The notes: generated from the sequence alone by a model not told the origin. Positions 1 to 10,604 are shown, counted from the first letter of the whole stretch. The stretch: DNA of 57,200 nt, filler included, from Candidatus Desantisbacteria bacterium CG1_02_49_89 (GCA_001871075.1; 4 parts of 4 records of this genome joined end to end with filler, not necessarily neighbours in it); one strand, 5' to 3'. A program made the numbers and translations.

Positions 1-110
1 GATCTAATAATTCTTTTATATAGCTTTTCTTTTGAGAATCTTTAACGGCTTTGCCAATTGTTTCTAAAAGCAGCAATATAGCTGATTCCGATGCAGCTCC
101 CAGCATGACA

Positions 111-276
111 CTAGTGTGGTGTCACATAAATCCCTTGACATTTGATTCTGCTTTGAGTTGTCATTGCGAGCGACCAAAGGGAGCGTGGCAATCTCGATTT
201 TTAGGTCGAGATTGCTTCGTCGTTAACACTCCTCGCAAAGCCCAAATGTAAAGATCTGTTAGAGACACCACACTAG
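111..276. mobile_element. MITE-like non-coding element, copy 1
   Basis: Perfect 13-bp terminal inverted repeats CTAGTGTGGTGTC...GACACCACACTAG. Internal GTCATTGCGAG...CAATCTC...GAGATTG...CTCGCAA palindrome. Near-identical copy at 57040-57200. Confidence 0.75.
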
Positions 277-322
277 CATCAAGATCTTTAAACGATAAGC
301 GATTAGCGATAAGCGAGATTAT

Positions 323-1129
323 ATGAGGATATTATTCATCGGGGATATATTCGGGGAACCGGGAAGAAGTGCTGTTAGGGAACTGCTGCCCGGGATACGC
401 AAGGAGCACAGAATCGATTTCGTGATCGCGAACGGCGAGAATGCAGCCGGCGGCATGGGGATCACGCCTGTGATAGCCCAGGAGCTTTTTTCGGCGGGCA
501 TCGGTGTTATCACTTCGGGAAATCATATCTGGAAATACAAAGAAATAATCGAATTCCTGAAAATCGAGCCGAAATTGCTGCGCCCGCTGAACTACCCTCC
601 CGATGTTCCCGGCAGCGGGAGCGTGATCGTCGATACGCCGAAGGGGAAGATAGGCGTTGTAAATGTCATGGGCAGAACATTCCTCAGCGGGATAGAATGC
701 CCGTTCAGGTGCGGACTTGATGAAGTAAATAGAGTAAAAGAAAAAACCAATATTATCCTGATGGACATACATGCCGAAGCCACGTCCGAGAAAGTAGCGA
801 TGGGCTGGTTCCTGGACGGCATGGTGAGCGCGGTTGTGGGAACCCATACGCACGTGCAGACCGCCGATGAAAGGGTTCTGCCGGGAGGCACCGCTTATAT
901 CACCGACGCCGGCATGACGGGGCCGCGTGATTCGGTTATCGGGGTCAAAAAGGAGATCATAATCAAGAAATTCCTGACGCAGGTTCCTGTCAGCTTCGAA
1001 GTGGCAAAAGGTGACCAGATTTTTTGTGCCGTCATCATAGAAGTTGATGAGTCCTCGGGAAAATCCAGGGGGATCCAGAGGCTGCAGATCGAGGTAAAAA
1101 TGACCGGGGAGGAAAATCATGGAAGTTAA
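323..1129 (+). CDS. YmdB-like (TIGR00282-type) metallophosphoesterase
   Basis: Motifs GDIFG, NGENAAGG, TSGNH, DIHAEATSEK, GTHTHVQTADE. Confidence 0.92.
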   Translation: MRILFIGDIFGEPGRSAVRELLPGIRKEHRIDFVIANGENAAGGMGITPVIAQELFSAGIGVITSGNHIWKYKEIIEFLKIEPKLLRPLNYPPDVPGSGSVIVDTPKGKIGVVNVMGRTFLSGIECPFRCGLDEVNRVKEKTNIILMDIHAEATSEKVAMGWFLDGMVSAVVGTHTHVQTADERVLPGGTAYITDAGMTGPRDSVIGVKKEIIIKKFLTQVPVSFEVAKGDQIFCAVIIEVDESSGKSRGIQRLQIEVKMTGEENHGS

Positions 1130-2375
1130 AGCGCGGGTCGTCAAAATGGCACGTGAAGCAAAAGAGGCGTCCAGAGGCCTGTCAGGCCTGTCTGCGAAAA
1201 TAAAAGATGAAGCGCTTTTCCGGATGGCGGAGTTGCTCGAAAAGAAAGGCGAAGAAATAATAAAAGAGAACCGCAAGGATATAAAGTATGCCGAGGATAA
1301 AGACATGCCGGCGCATATGATAGAAAGGCTTGTCCTGAACCCCGTAAGGATAACGGAAATGGCCGAAGGCCTGAGGAAAGTGGCGGGCCTTAAGGATCCC
1401 GTAGGGGAGATAGTTTCTGGGTGCAGAAGGCCAAACGGCCTGGAAATAATGAAAATAAGGGTTCCGTTCGGCCTGGTGGCCATGATCTACGAATCAAGGC
1501 CCAATGTCACGGCAGATGCGGTAGGCCTGTGCCTTAAGTCCGGGAACAGCGTGCTGTTGAGGGGAGGAAGCGAGGCCATCAATTCGAATGTCGCGATAGC
1601 CAGGGTTCTTTCCGCGGCCGCCTACGAAAGGCACATCCCGAGGGGATGCATCCAGATAGTGGATGACGTAAGCAGGGATGCAGTTGAAATAATGATGCTT
1701 GCGGATGAGTACATAGACGTTATAATACCCAGGGGAGGCGCGGATCTTATCAGGTCCGTGAAGGATAAATCAAAGATCCCCGTGATCGAGACCGGCGCCG
1801 GGAACTGCCATTTATACGTGGACAAAGAGGCTGACCTAAAAATGGGCGTGACGGTATGCGTGAATGCCAAAACCCAGCGCCCCGGTGTCTGCAACGCCAT
1901 AGAGACTCTGCTGGTCCACAAGGATATTGCGAATAAATTCCTTCCCATGGCATACCAGGGCCTGAAAGACCACAGGGTTGAAATAAGGGGTTGCCCGGAT
2001 ACCCGCAGAGTGCTGAAGGGCATTAAGAGAGCGACGGAAGAAGACTGGTACGCGGAATACCTGGACCTTATTCTTGCGGTGAAGGTTGTGGATACGGCGG
2101 TCGAAGCGATAGAGCATATTAACAAATACGGTTCGAGGCATTCTGATTCCATAATTACGCAAAACTATAACACAGCGAGGCAGTTCCTGCGCGAGGTAGA
2201 CTCGGCATGCGTTTATGTTAACGCGTCAACGCGGTTCACGGACGGCGGAGAGTTCGGCCTGGGCGCCGAGATCGGAATTTCCACCCAGAAGCTTCACGCC
2301 AGGGGACCGATGGGGCTCAGCGAGCTTACAACTACAAAATACGTGATACTGGGCGAAGGCCAAATAAGACAGTGA
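1119..2375 (+). CDS. proA: Gamma-glutamyl phosphate reductase
   Basis: YESRPNVT, LRGGSEA, GVCNAIETLL, NASTRFTDGGEFGLGAEIGISTQKLHARGPMGL. Confidence 0.97.
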   Translation: MEVKARVVKMAREAKEASRGLSGLSAKIKDEALFRMAELLEKKGEEIIKENRKDIKYAEDKDMPAHMIERLVLNPVRITEMAEGLRKVAGLKDPVGEIVSGCRRPNGLEIMKIRVPFGLVAMIYESRPNVTADAVGLCLKSGNSVLLRGGSEAINSNVAIARVLSAAAYERHIPRGCIQIVDDVSRDAVEIMMLADEYIDVIIPRGGADLIRSVKDKSKIPVIETGAGNCHLYVDKEADLKMGVTVCVNAKTQRPGVCNAIETLLVHKDIANKFLPMAYQGLKDHRVEIRGCPDTRRVLKGIKRATEEDWYAEYLDLILAVKVVDTAVEAIEHINKYGSRHSDSIITQNYNTARQFLREVDSACVYVNASTRFTDGGEFGLGAEIGISTQKLHARGPMGLSELTTTKYVILGEGQIRQ

Positions 2376-2419
2376 ACTGTTAAAAGTTGAACGTTGAAAG
2401 TTAAAAGTTAGAAAAATAA

Positions 2420-3079
2420 ATGCACAATAAAGTAAAGGCGAACAAAGAAAGAAAAATCGGGATACTGGGCGGGACATTTAACCCCGTTCATAACGGCCAC
2501 ATTAAGATCGCGGAAGCCGCGCAGAAAAAACTGGGGCTTGAAAAAGTGATTTTTGTCCCGTGCGCACGCCCGCCGCATAAAACAGGGGAAAGACTGCCGC
2601 CTCCGGCGGACAGGTATGAAATGACAAGAATTGCAGTAAAGGGGAGCGCGGCTTTCAGCATATCGGATTCAGAAATAAGAAGAAAAGGCAAGTCATACAC
2701 CATTGACACCGTACGGGCTTTCAGGAAAGCTGACCCGGGGTCTAAATACTGCTTTGTAATAGGCGCGGACACGCTGCGCGAGATTCCAGCGTGGAGGGAA
2801 TACAGGAAACTGCTGAAGATGTGCCGTTTTGTTGTTGTCAACAGGCCGGGCTATTCAATTAAGGATTACTCGCCCCGAAGTACGTCGGGGCGAAATCTCG
2901 TCCCGACAAAGAGTCGGGCGGACAGATCGCAGATCGCAGATTTAATAAAGATAAAGATACCGGGAATAGATATTTCTTCCACTGAAATACGAGAGAAAAT
3001 AAAGGCGGGCAGGTCTATAAAAACGCTTGTTCCGTCCTGCGTTGAAAAATATATTACAAAGAAAGGATTATACAAATGA
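2420..3079 (+). CDS. nadD: Nicotinate-nucleotide adenylyltransferase
   Basis: [32 protein letters not shown]. Confidence 0.95.
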   Translation: MHNKVKANKERKIGILGGTFNPVHNGHIKIAEAAQKKLGLEKVIFVPCARPPHKTGERLPPPADRYEMTRIAVKGSAAFSISDSEIRRKGKSYTIDTVRAFRKADPGSKYCFVIGADTLREIPAWREYRKLLKMCRFVVVNRPGYSIKDYSPRSTSGRNLVPTKSRADRSQIADLIKIKIPGIDISSTEIREKIKAGRSIKTLVPSCVEKYITKKGLYK

Positions 3080-4866
3080 AACAAGGAAGGATTATAAAGG
3101 TTTCAGGTCCGCTGATACTCGCCGATAAAATGGAAGATGCGAGGATGTATGACATTGTCAGGGTGGGTGCGCCAAGGCTTATAGGGGAGATAATAGAGCT
3201 TAAAGGCGACCGCGCTTCTATACAGGTTTATGAGGAAACTGCCGGCATAGGGCCGGAGGAGCCTGTTTTCCTGACGGGTGAACCTCTCTGCGTGGAACTG
3301 GCGCCGGGCTTGATCGGTTCCATATATGACGGGATACAGCGCCCGCTCGACGTGATAATGGAAAGAGCGGGTGAGTATATAGTCAGGGGAGTCGAAGCGG
3401 AAGCGCTGGACCGCAGGAAAAAATGGGAGTTCAGGGCGACGGCGAAAAAAGGTGACAGTGTTTCTCCGGGTGTTGTCCTGGGAGAGGTCCGGGAAACGCC
3501 TTCGGTTGTGCACAGGATCCTTGTTCCCTGGGATACCTCGGGGGTCATCGAAGAGATAAAAGACGGGGAATTCACGGTCAGCCAGGTCATCGCGAAATTA
3601 AAACTCCCCGGCGGCAAGGCCAAAGATCTGACGATGATGCAGAAATGGCCTGTCAGGAAACCGCGTCCTTATAAAAACAAGATGCCATCCCAGGCGCCCC
3701 TTGTCACAGGCCAGAGAATAGTGGATACATTTTTCCCGGTGACAAAAGGCGGGGTTGCCTGTATCCCCGGGCCTTTCGGGGCGGGCAAAACCGTAATGCT
3801 GCACGAGATCGCAAAATGGGCGGATGCCGATATAATTGTTTACATAGGATGCGGGGAGCGCGGAAACGAGATGACCGATGTTTTAATGGAATTCCCCAAG
3901 CTGAAGGATCCAAGGACCGGAGAATCGCTCATGAAAAGAAGCATTCTCATAGCAAATACCTCGAATATGCCGGTTGCGGCAAGAGAGGCATCGGTTTATA
4001 CCGGCATAACTCTTGCGGAATATTACAGGGATATGGGTTACGACGTTGCCGTAATGGCGGATTCCACGTCCAGGTGGGCGGAGGCCCTGCGGGAAATGTC
4101 CGGAAGGCTTGAGGAGATGCCCGGTGAAGAAGGTTATCCCGCATATCTCGGGATGAGGATCGCGCAGTTTTACGAGAGAGCGGGGCGGGTGGTAACCCTG
4201 GGGAATTTAGAGTGTCAACGTGTCAACGTGTCAACGTGTCAGAAAAGGGACCAGGAAACTGACCAATCGTCTGATCATCCAGTTATCCAATCGTCCAATG
4301 GCGGGAGGGAGGGATCGCTGTCAGTGATCGGGGCGGTTTCACCTCCGGGGGGTGATTTTTCAGACCCGGTCGTTCAGTCAACCCTGAGGGTAGTGAAGGT
4401 GTTCTGGGGGCTGGAAGACAAGCTCGCATACAAAAGGCATTTCCCTGCCATAAACTGGCTGTCAAGCTACTCCCTGTATCTGGATAATATCAGGGATTAT
4501 ATGGGCAAGAATATCGCTGGGGATTTCCTTCAGCTGCGAGGTGAAGCAATGGGCATCCTGCAGAAGGAAGACGAGCTTCTTGAAATAGCAAGGCTTGTGG
4601 GTGTGGAGGCGCTTTCCGTCGCGGACAGGCTGACACTTGAGGTCGCGCGTTCCCTGAGGGAGGATTTTCTCCACCAGAACGCCTTCGACCCGGTTGACGT
4701 GCACTCTTCTCTTAAGAAACAATACAGGATGCTGAAGCTGATCATGGAGTTCTACCGCGATTCGTCCGAAAAAATAAAAGGCGGAGCCACGGTTGAGGAA
4801 GTTGTCGCTTCACCGGTCCGGGAAAAAATGAGAAAAGCAAAATTCATGCCCGAGCAGGAAATCTAA
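3076..4866 (+). CDS. atpA: V/A-type ATP synthase subunit A, with repeat-derived in-frame insertion
   Basis: [39 protein letters not shown]; start overlaps nadD stop. Confidence 0.95.
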   Translation: MKQGRIIKVSGPLILADKMEDARMYDIVRVGAPRLIGEIIELKGDRASIQVYEETAGIGPEEPVFLTGEPLCVELAPGLIGSIYDGIQRPLDVIMERAGEYIVRGVEAEALDRRKKWEFRATAKKGDSVSPGVVLGEVRETPSVVHRILVPWDTSGVIEEIKDGEFTVSQVIAKLKLPGGKAKDLTMMQKWPVRKPRPYKNKMPSQAPLVTGQRIVDTFFPVTKGGVACIPGPFGAGKTVMLHEIAKWADADIIVYIGCGERGNEMTDVLMEFPKLKDPRTGESLMKRSILIANTSNMPVAAREASVYTGITLAEYYRDMGYDVAVMADSTSRWAEALREMSGRLEEMPGEEGYPAYLGMRIAQFYERAGRVVTLGNLECQRVNVSTCQKRDQETDQSSDHPVIQSSNGGREGSLSVIGAVSPPGGDFSDPVVQSTLRVVKVFWGLEDKLAYKRHFPAINWLSSYSLYLDNIRDYMGKNIAGDFLQLRGEAMGILQKEDELLEIARLVGVEALSVADRLTLEVARSLREDFLHQNAFDPVDVHSSLKKQYRMLKLIMEFYRDSSEKIKGGATVEEVVASPVREKMRKAKFMPEQEI

Positions 4867-4964
4867 AAAAACGTCGAACGTCGTAAGTCATACGTCTTAC
4901 GAAATACAATTTTTAAACGTACGACGCCCGACGCACGACGGTAATTTAGTGAAGGGAGGGGCAG

Positions 4965-6350
4965 TTGTTAAAGGAATATCTTACGATTTCATCGATAGCA
5001 GGACCTTTGATACTTGTCAGCGGGGTCGAGGGAGTTAAATACGGTGAACTGGCAGAGATAGAACTGCCTGACGGCAGCCTAAAGAGGGGAAGGGTCCTTG
5101 AGGTTTCAAGAGAATCGGCGCTCGTCCAGCTGTTCGAGGAATCACAGGGCCTGGATGTTTTTAAGAGCCGGGTCAGGTTCCTCGGCAAGGGCATCGAACT
5201 CGGGGTTTCTGAAGATCTCCTGGGAAGGATCTTTAACGGACTGGGTTCGCCCATAGACGGAGGGCCGGAACTTATCCCGGACAAATACATGGACGTAAAC
5301 GGGAATCCCATAAACCCGTTCGCCCGTGACTACCCCCAGGAGTTTATCCAGACAGGCATTTCTTCCATAGACGGCCTGAACCCGCTTGTCAGGGGACAGA
5401 AACTTCCGATATTTTCGGGAAGCGGTCTGCCGCACAACCAGGTCACCGCACAGATAGCAAGGCAGGCACGCGTGCTGACCGCAGGCGGCGGCAGTTCAGG
5501 CGGGTCTGAAAAATTCGGCGTGGTCTTTGCCGCCATGGGCATTACTTTCGAGGAAGCTTCGTTTTTCATAGAGCAGTTCCGCATTACCGGGGCCATAGAA
5601 CGTTCGGCGCTTTTCATTAACCTTGCAGACGACCCCGCGATCGAAAGGATAGCTACGCCGAGGCTTGCGCTTACATGCGCCGAATATTTTGCTTTCGAAA
5701 AAGACATGCATATTCTCGTGATCATGACGGACATGACCAATTACGCGGAGGCATTAAGGCAGGTTTCAAACGCCAGGAAGGAAATTCCGGGAAGGCGCGG
5801 TTACCCGGGCTATCTTTACACGGACCTTGCCACCATGTATGAAAGAGCGGGCAGGATAAAGGGCAAGAAAGGCTCGATAACCCAGATCCCCGTGCTCACA
5901 ATGCCCGAGGATGATAAAACTCACCCGATACCCGACCTGACCGGTTACATAACCGAGGGTCAGATAATCCTTAGCAGGGAACTGCACAGAAAAGGCATAT
6001 ACCCTCCCATAGACGTGCTTCCTTCTCTTTCAAGGCTGAAAGACAAGGGGATCGGCAGGGAAAAAACCAGGGCGGACCATGCCGACGTTCTCAACCAGCT
6101 TTTTGCCTGCTATGCGCGCGGAAGGGAGGTCAAGGAGCTGGCGGTTATCCTCGGGGAAGAAGCCCTTTCGGAGGCCGACAGGATCTACCTGAAATTTGCC
6201 ACGGAATTTGAGGAAAGTTTTATAGGGCAGGGTGAATACGACGAGAGAAGCATAGACAAAACACTCGATATCGGGTGGGAGATGCTGAAGATTTTCCCGC
6301 CTACAGAGCTTACGCGCATCCACGACGAATATAAACAGAAATATCTATAA
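4965..6350 (+). CDS. atpB: V/A-type ATP synthase subunit B
   Basis: [55 protein letters not shown] start after GGAGG. Confidence 0.95.
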   Translation: MLKEYLTISSIAGPLILVSGVEGVKYGELAEIELPDGSLKRGRVLEVSRESALVQLFEESQGLDVFKSRVRFLGKGIELGVSEDLLGRIFNGLGSPIDGGPELIPDKYMDVNGNPINPFARDYPQEFIQTGISSIDGLNPLVRGQKLPIFSGSGLPHNQVTAQIARQARVLTAGGGSSGGSEKFGVVFAAMGITFEEASFFIEQFRITGAIERSALFINLADDPAIERIATPRLALTCAEYFAFEKDMHILVIMTDMTNYAEALRQVSNARKEIPGRRGYPGYLYTDLATMYERAGRIKGKKGSITQIPVLTMPEDDKTHPIPDLTGYITEGQIILSRELHRKGIYPPIDVLPSLSRLKDKGIGREKTRADHADVLNQLFACYARGREVKELAVILGEEALSEADRIYLKFATEFEESFIGQGEYDERSIDKTLDIGWEMLKIFPPTELTRIHDEYKQKYL

Positions 6351-6434
6351 CTATTTACCAATAAGTCAAAAGTCTCCGCCCGTCTTTCCAGCGGGCGAGA
6401 CATTTTGAAATTTAACTTATTTTTATGAGGGAAT

Positions 6435-7055
6435 ATGATACTTGCGGTTAACCCGACAAGGATGGAGCTTCTCAGGCTCAGGAAACGGATCTTGCTGGCA
6501 AGGCGGGGCCACAAGCTTTTAAAAGACAAGCAGGATGAGCTGGTCCGCCATTTCCTGGTTGCTATAAAAGACTGGAAGGCGCTGCGTTCCAGAGTGGAAG
6601 AAGGGCTTGCCCGGGCTTCCGGGCACTTTCTAAAAGCGTATTTTTTTATGCGGAGGGAAGTGCTCGTGGAATCGCTTTATTCAAGCAGCGCATCGCTGGG
6701 GCTCAGGGTTGCATTCAAGCGCGTAACAAATCTCAGGCTGCCCGTGGTCTCCACTGAAAAAAGCGGCGACCCTTTCAATTACAGTTTTGTCGGCACGACG
6801 GGTGACCTGGATGCCGCGCTGGCGGTTTACTGCGGAGCAATAAAGGATATCATTGAGCTCGCCGGAACCGAAAAATCTATAATGCTCCTGGCTGATGAGA
6901 TCAAGAGGACCAGGCGCAGGGTGAATGCGCTTGAATACGTTCTTATCCCCAATCTCGAGGAGACAATAAGGTATATTTCCATGAAAATGGAGGAATTCGA
7001 AAGGAGTAACCTTACCCAGCTGATGAGGGTAAAGGAAATAGTGAGAGCCCACTGA
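6435..7055 (+). CDS. atpD: V/A-type ATP synthase subunit D
   Basis: NPTRMEL...RGHKLLKDK, TRRRVNALEY; follows subunits A and B. Confidence 0.93.
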   Translation: MILAVNPTRMELLRLRKRILLARRGHKLLKDKQDELVRHFLVAIKDWKALRSRVEEGLARASGHFLKAYFFMRREVLVESLYSSSASLGLRVAFKRVTNLRLPVVSTEKSGDPFNYSFVGTTGDLDAALAVYCGAIKDIIELAGTEKSIMLLADEIKRTRRRVNALEYVLIPNLEETIRYISMKMEEFERSNLTQLMRVKEIVRAH

Positions 7056-7109
7056 CTTTAGATGCAGTGGCAAGTAACAAGTAACAAGTTTAAAGCATGT
7101 TAAAATAAA

Positions 7110-8516
7110 ATGAAAATAAATAAGATAAAACTACTCACTCTTAACTTTTCACTCTTCACTGTATTGCTCGGCGGGTGCGCGACAACAAGGACCGCGCAGG
7201 AACCGGCTGGTTACGATCCGCGCGCGTATTTTCATTATTCTGCAGGCGCCCTGAAGGAGCATGGCGGTCTGGTCGATGATGCGATCAGGGAATATGAAAC
7301 CGCTCTTGTTTACACGCCCCGGGAGCCGGTAATACACAGGCATCTCGCGGTTCTCTACCAGAAAAAGGGCATGAGAAAAGAAGCGCTTAATGAATTCACA
7401 AAGCTTATCAAGCTTGAACCGGAAAACCCCGAGCTTCATTTTCTTTTAGGCGGTTTCTACGAGGATGGAAAAGACCTGCGGAAAGCGCTGTCGGAATACA
7501 AAAGAGCTACCGAGTTTAATCCCGCCTACACGGAGGCTTTTTTTGCAGCAGGGGTAATCCATAGCAATCTGGGAATGTGGAAGGAAGCAGTAAAAGATTA
7601 TGAAAATGTGATCAGGCTTGAACCTGACAGCCCCTATTCCTACTACAACACTGCATACTGTTATTCAAGACTGAAGAATATCGGGCAGGCCATCCTGTTT
7701 TACGAGAAAGCAGCAGAGGCAGAGCCGCATTGGCCTTCTCCTTATTTCAACCTTGCCTTGCTGCATGATTCGATGGGGGACACGCAAAACACGATCAGTT
7801 CCTGGGAAAAATTCATTGCAATAGTGCCCTCGGAACCTGATCCCTACCTGGAGCTCGGGTACCTTTATTTCAGGATGGGTGAATATGGAAAAGCAATACC
7901 GAATTTAACCAAAACAGTTGAGCTGGGAAAGGACGGCGGCAATAAGTTACTGGCAACAGCTCACCTGCTGCTTGGTATCGCGTACACAAATACAGACAAT
8001 TCTTCAGAAGCCGAAAGATCGTATGCAAAACTGCTTGAGATCGACCCCAAAAACGAGATTGCCAGATATAATCTGGCTGCGCTGTATGATAAAGCGAGCA
8101 GGTTTGAAGACGCCGAAAGAGAATTCAAGGTCCTGATAAACGCTAACCCGAAGTACGCAGATGCCTATAATTATCTGGGTTACCTTTACGCGGAAAAGAG
8201 CATTAACCTGGATGAAGCTGTCAGGCTCATAAAAAAAGCGCTGAGTATTGAACCCAACAACGGCTATTTCATTGACAGCCTTGGATGGGCTTATTTTAAA
8301 AAAGGTTTTTATAAAGAGGCCCTTAAGGAGCTTGAAAGGGCGGCAAGACTCACGGCAACCGATCCGGTCATATACGAACATCTCGGCGATGCTTACAGCG
8401 TAACCGGGAATCAGGGAGGGGCGATCTCCTCCTGGCAAAGGTCTCTTGAGCTGAATCCGTCAAATGAGAACGTAAAGAAGAAGATAGATGAAGCAAGGAA
8501 AAATTTGACAAATTAA
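7110..8516 (+). CDS. TPR-repeat lipoprotein
   Basis: Lipobox LLGGC after hydrophobic stretch; tandem TPRs including AYNYLGY...DSLGWAYFK. Confidence 0.85.
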   Translation: MKINKIKLLTLNFSLFTVLLGGCATTRTAQEPAGYDPRAYFHYSAGALKEHGGLVDDAIREYETALVYTPREPVIHRHLAVLYQKKGMRKEALNEFTKLIKLEPENPELHFLLGGFYEDGKDLRKALSEYKRATEFNPAYTEAFFAAGVIHSNLGMWKEAVKDYENVIRLEPDSPYSYYNTAYCYSRLKNIGQAILFYEKAAEAEPHWPSPYFNLALLHDSMGDTQNTISSWEKFIAIVPSEPDPYLELGYLYFRMGEYGKAIPNLTKTVELGKDGGNKLLATAHLLLGIAYTNTDNSSEAERSYAKLLEIDPKNEIARYNLAALYDKASRFEDAEREFKVLINANPKYADAYNYLGYLYAEKSINLDEAVRLIKKALSIEPNNGYFIDSLGWAYFKKGFYKEALKELERAARLTATDPVIYEHLGDAYSVTGNQGGAISSWQRSLELNPSNENVKKKIDEARKNLTN

Positions 8517-8533
8517 TCAAAGTATGGTATATT
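8505..8533 (+). promoter_or_regulatory. Sigma70-type promoter
   Basis: TTGACA-17 nt-TATATT with TGn extension, upstream of the 8607 ORF. Confidence 0.6.
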
Positions 8534-8606
8534 ATTATAGTCTTTTAGAATATATATAATCGAGAATACTGAAATACTATGAAATATATCAAAAAGGGGA
8601 TATAAA

Positions 8607-9425
8607 ATGGCTGAACAGAAATCAGGCAAGGAATTTTCCAATGATTCGTTGACTAGGTTGAACATCTCCATTGATGCAAAGAGTTTAATGGAAAAATTAA
8701 GCTACAGGCCGGAGGCCATAGAGATCGTTGAAGACAAGCTCAGAGCCTTCTGCCCCATACATCAGGATAAGAATTTCAGGACTTTCACGGTTGACCTTAA
8801 AAACAACCATTTCAAATGCCACTATACCCAGTGCGACGGTTATAAAGGCGGGAACCTGCTCTATCTATACAGCATTGTCCAGAAAGTAAGCCTTGGCGAA
8901 GCCGCGATGTACTGGAGCAAGACACTGAACATACCGCTTGAGGAAGTCAAAAAGGAAGGAGCAGCGCTCGCGGAAGAAGAGGAAACATCCGCTGCAGCTC
9001 CCGCGGCTGAAAAAACAGTGAAGGAAAACCATTTTAACAAGGGTGTTTCTTTTTACACCAGGAATCTGCTGGATGAAGCGGTAAAGGAGTTTGAGATCGC
9101 GAAGACCGATGACCCCGACAAAGAGCTGCAGATACACAACATGCTCGGGCTTTGTTTTATGAAGCAGGGCAGTTACGATAAAGCGATAGACGAATTCAAA
9201 AAAGGGCTGCAGTGCAAGGGATACGAGGAAAAAGAATACAACGGGCTGCAGTATAATCTGGGCCGTGTTTATGAAGCTTCCGGAAAGATGAAGGAGGCCC
9301 TTGAGATATTCCAGGTGCTTTTCAAGAAAGATCCGAAATACCAGGATGTTGAACAGCGTGTCAAGAAGCTTGAGGCCGCAGAAGGCGCGCCGGCACCGCG
9401 CAAGATCAAGATCTCGTATGTTTAG
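8607..9425 (+). CDS. CHC2 (primase-type) zinc-finger domain fused to TPR domain
   Basis: N-terminal CPIH...FKCHYTQC...GGN pattern; C-terminal TPRs (HNMLGLCF, YNLGRVYE). Confidence 0.7.
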   Translation: MAEQKSGKEFSNDSLTRLNISIDAKSLMEKLSYRPEAIEIVEDKLRAFCPIHQDKNFRTFTVDLKNNHFKCHYTQCDGYKGGNLLYLYSIVQKVSLGEAAMYWSKTLNIPLEEVKKEGAALAEEEETSAAAPAAEKTVKENHFNKGVSFYTRNLLDEAVKEFEIAKTDDPDKELQIHNMLGLCFMKQGSYDKAIDEFKKGLQCKGYEEKEYNGLQYNLGRVYEASGKMKEALEIFQVLFKKDPKYQDVEQRVKKLEAAEGAPAPRKIKISYV

Positions 9426-9551
9426 AATGATTACAGTGATTTTAAACTGACGATTACAGTGATATATAAGAAATCAAATTAAAAATAATGTTGACATCAG
9501 GTCATTACAGCCTGAAATTATTTTTAAATCGTTGCGGTCAAAGGGAAAAAA

Positions 9552-10601
9552 ATGAGTTACTTAGAGTATTACAATTTTAAAGAAATCCCGTTCGCGAACG
9601 CGCCCGACCTTCGTTTCTATTACGACGGATACCAGTATGGTTACACAGAAGAGAGGCTGATACACATTGTCAATAATATGTCAGGCCTGGCCGTTGTCAT
9701 AGGAGGCATGGGAATGGGCAAGAGCATATTATCACGCCACCTCCTGGACAGGCTCAGCGCTGTAGATACCGAGTACCAGTCCGGGCTGATGGTCATAGTG
9801 CATACAGCGATAACCGCCAGCTGGCTTCTTAAAAAAATAGCGCTTCAGCTGGAAGTCCCTGAACCGGCTGAAGAAAAAACGCAGATAATTTCCCAGCTTT
9901 ACAACCGCCTTACGGAAATCCATGAGGAAGGCAGGAAAGCGGTTATTCTGGTGGATGAGGCCAACATGCTTCAGACCCGGGAGATAATGGAGGAATTCAG
10001 GGGATTGCTTAACCTGGAAGTCCCGGGAAAGAAGCTTATAACGTTCCTATTTTTCGGGATGCCGGAGCTTGATGAATACCTTAGGCTGGACGAACCGCTG
10101 CGCCAGAGGATCGCCCTGAGGATAATGCTCAGGCCCCTTTCGCTGGACGCCGTTCATGAATACATCAAATACCGGATGGACAAGGTCGAATCGTCAAAGC
10201 AGATTTTTAACGATGAAAGCATCAAGTTGATACACACGTATTCGCGCGGCATCCCCAGGCTCGTGAACACGATCTGCGACAACGCTCTGCTTGAAGGTTT
10301 CCTGCTGAAAAGGAAGAGCATAGACCCAGAAGTAATAGAAAGAATAAGCGGCGAACTGATGCTTGCCGAGGAAGCTCCCCCAGCCCTTAAATCCAGGTTT
10401 GCTGATCCTGCAGAGACACCCATGTATGCCCCGGACGCACCAAAACAGCCGGCAGCAGTATCACCTTCGGCAGTTCCCGCCCAATCCGCCCTGCCGCCCG
10501 CACCCGCGCAGAAAGAAGAAAGACCGGCAGCAAAAGAGGAAAAACGCCAGGTTAAAGAAGAAAAACCCCGTGAGCCCAGGATATTCAAGATAGGGGAATA
10601 A
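9552..10601 (+). CDS. ExeA/GspA-like AAA ATPase
   Basis: YLEYYNFKEIPF start, GGMGMGKS Walker A, ILVDEAN Walker B, GIPRLVNTICDNALL; Pro/Ala-rich tail. Confidence 0.88.
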   Translation: MSYLEYYNFKEIPFANAPDLRFYYDGYQYGYTEERLIHIVNNMSGLAVVIGGMGMGKSILSRHLLDRLSAVDTEYQSGLMVIVHTAITASWLLKKIALQLEVPEPAEEKTQIISQLYNRLTEIHEEGRKAVILVDEANMLQTREIMEEFRGLLNLEVPGKKLITFLFFGMPELDEYLRLDEPLRQRIALRIMLRPLSLDAVHEYIKYRMDKVESSKQIFNDESIKLIHTYSRGIPRLVNTICDNALLEGFLLKRKSIDPEVIERISGELMLAEEAPPALKSRFADPAETPMYAPDAPKQPAAVSPSAVPAQSALPPAPAQKEERPAAKEEKRQVKEEKPREPRIFKIGE

Positions 10602-10604
10602 AGC

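Noticed and set aside
51-251. 66-aa ORF at window start
   Set aside because: It lies across the MITE-like element and has no protein features.
332-1483. 383-aa minus-strand ORF and other long antisense ORFs (e.g. 33951-34895, 35499-36347, 37119-38033, 42498-43340)
   Set aside because: Shadows of well-supported genes on the opposite strand, with no recognisable motifs.
4204-4299. Intein in V-ATPase subunit A
   Set aside because: The insert is too short, lacks the terminal His-Asn/Cys splice motif, and is explained by octamer repeats.
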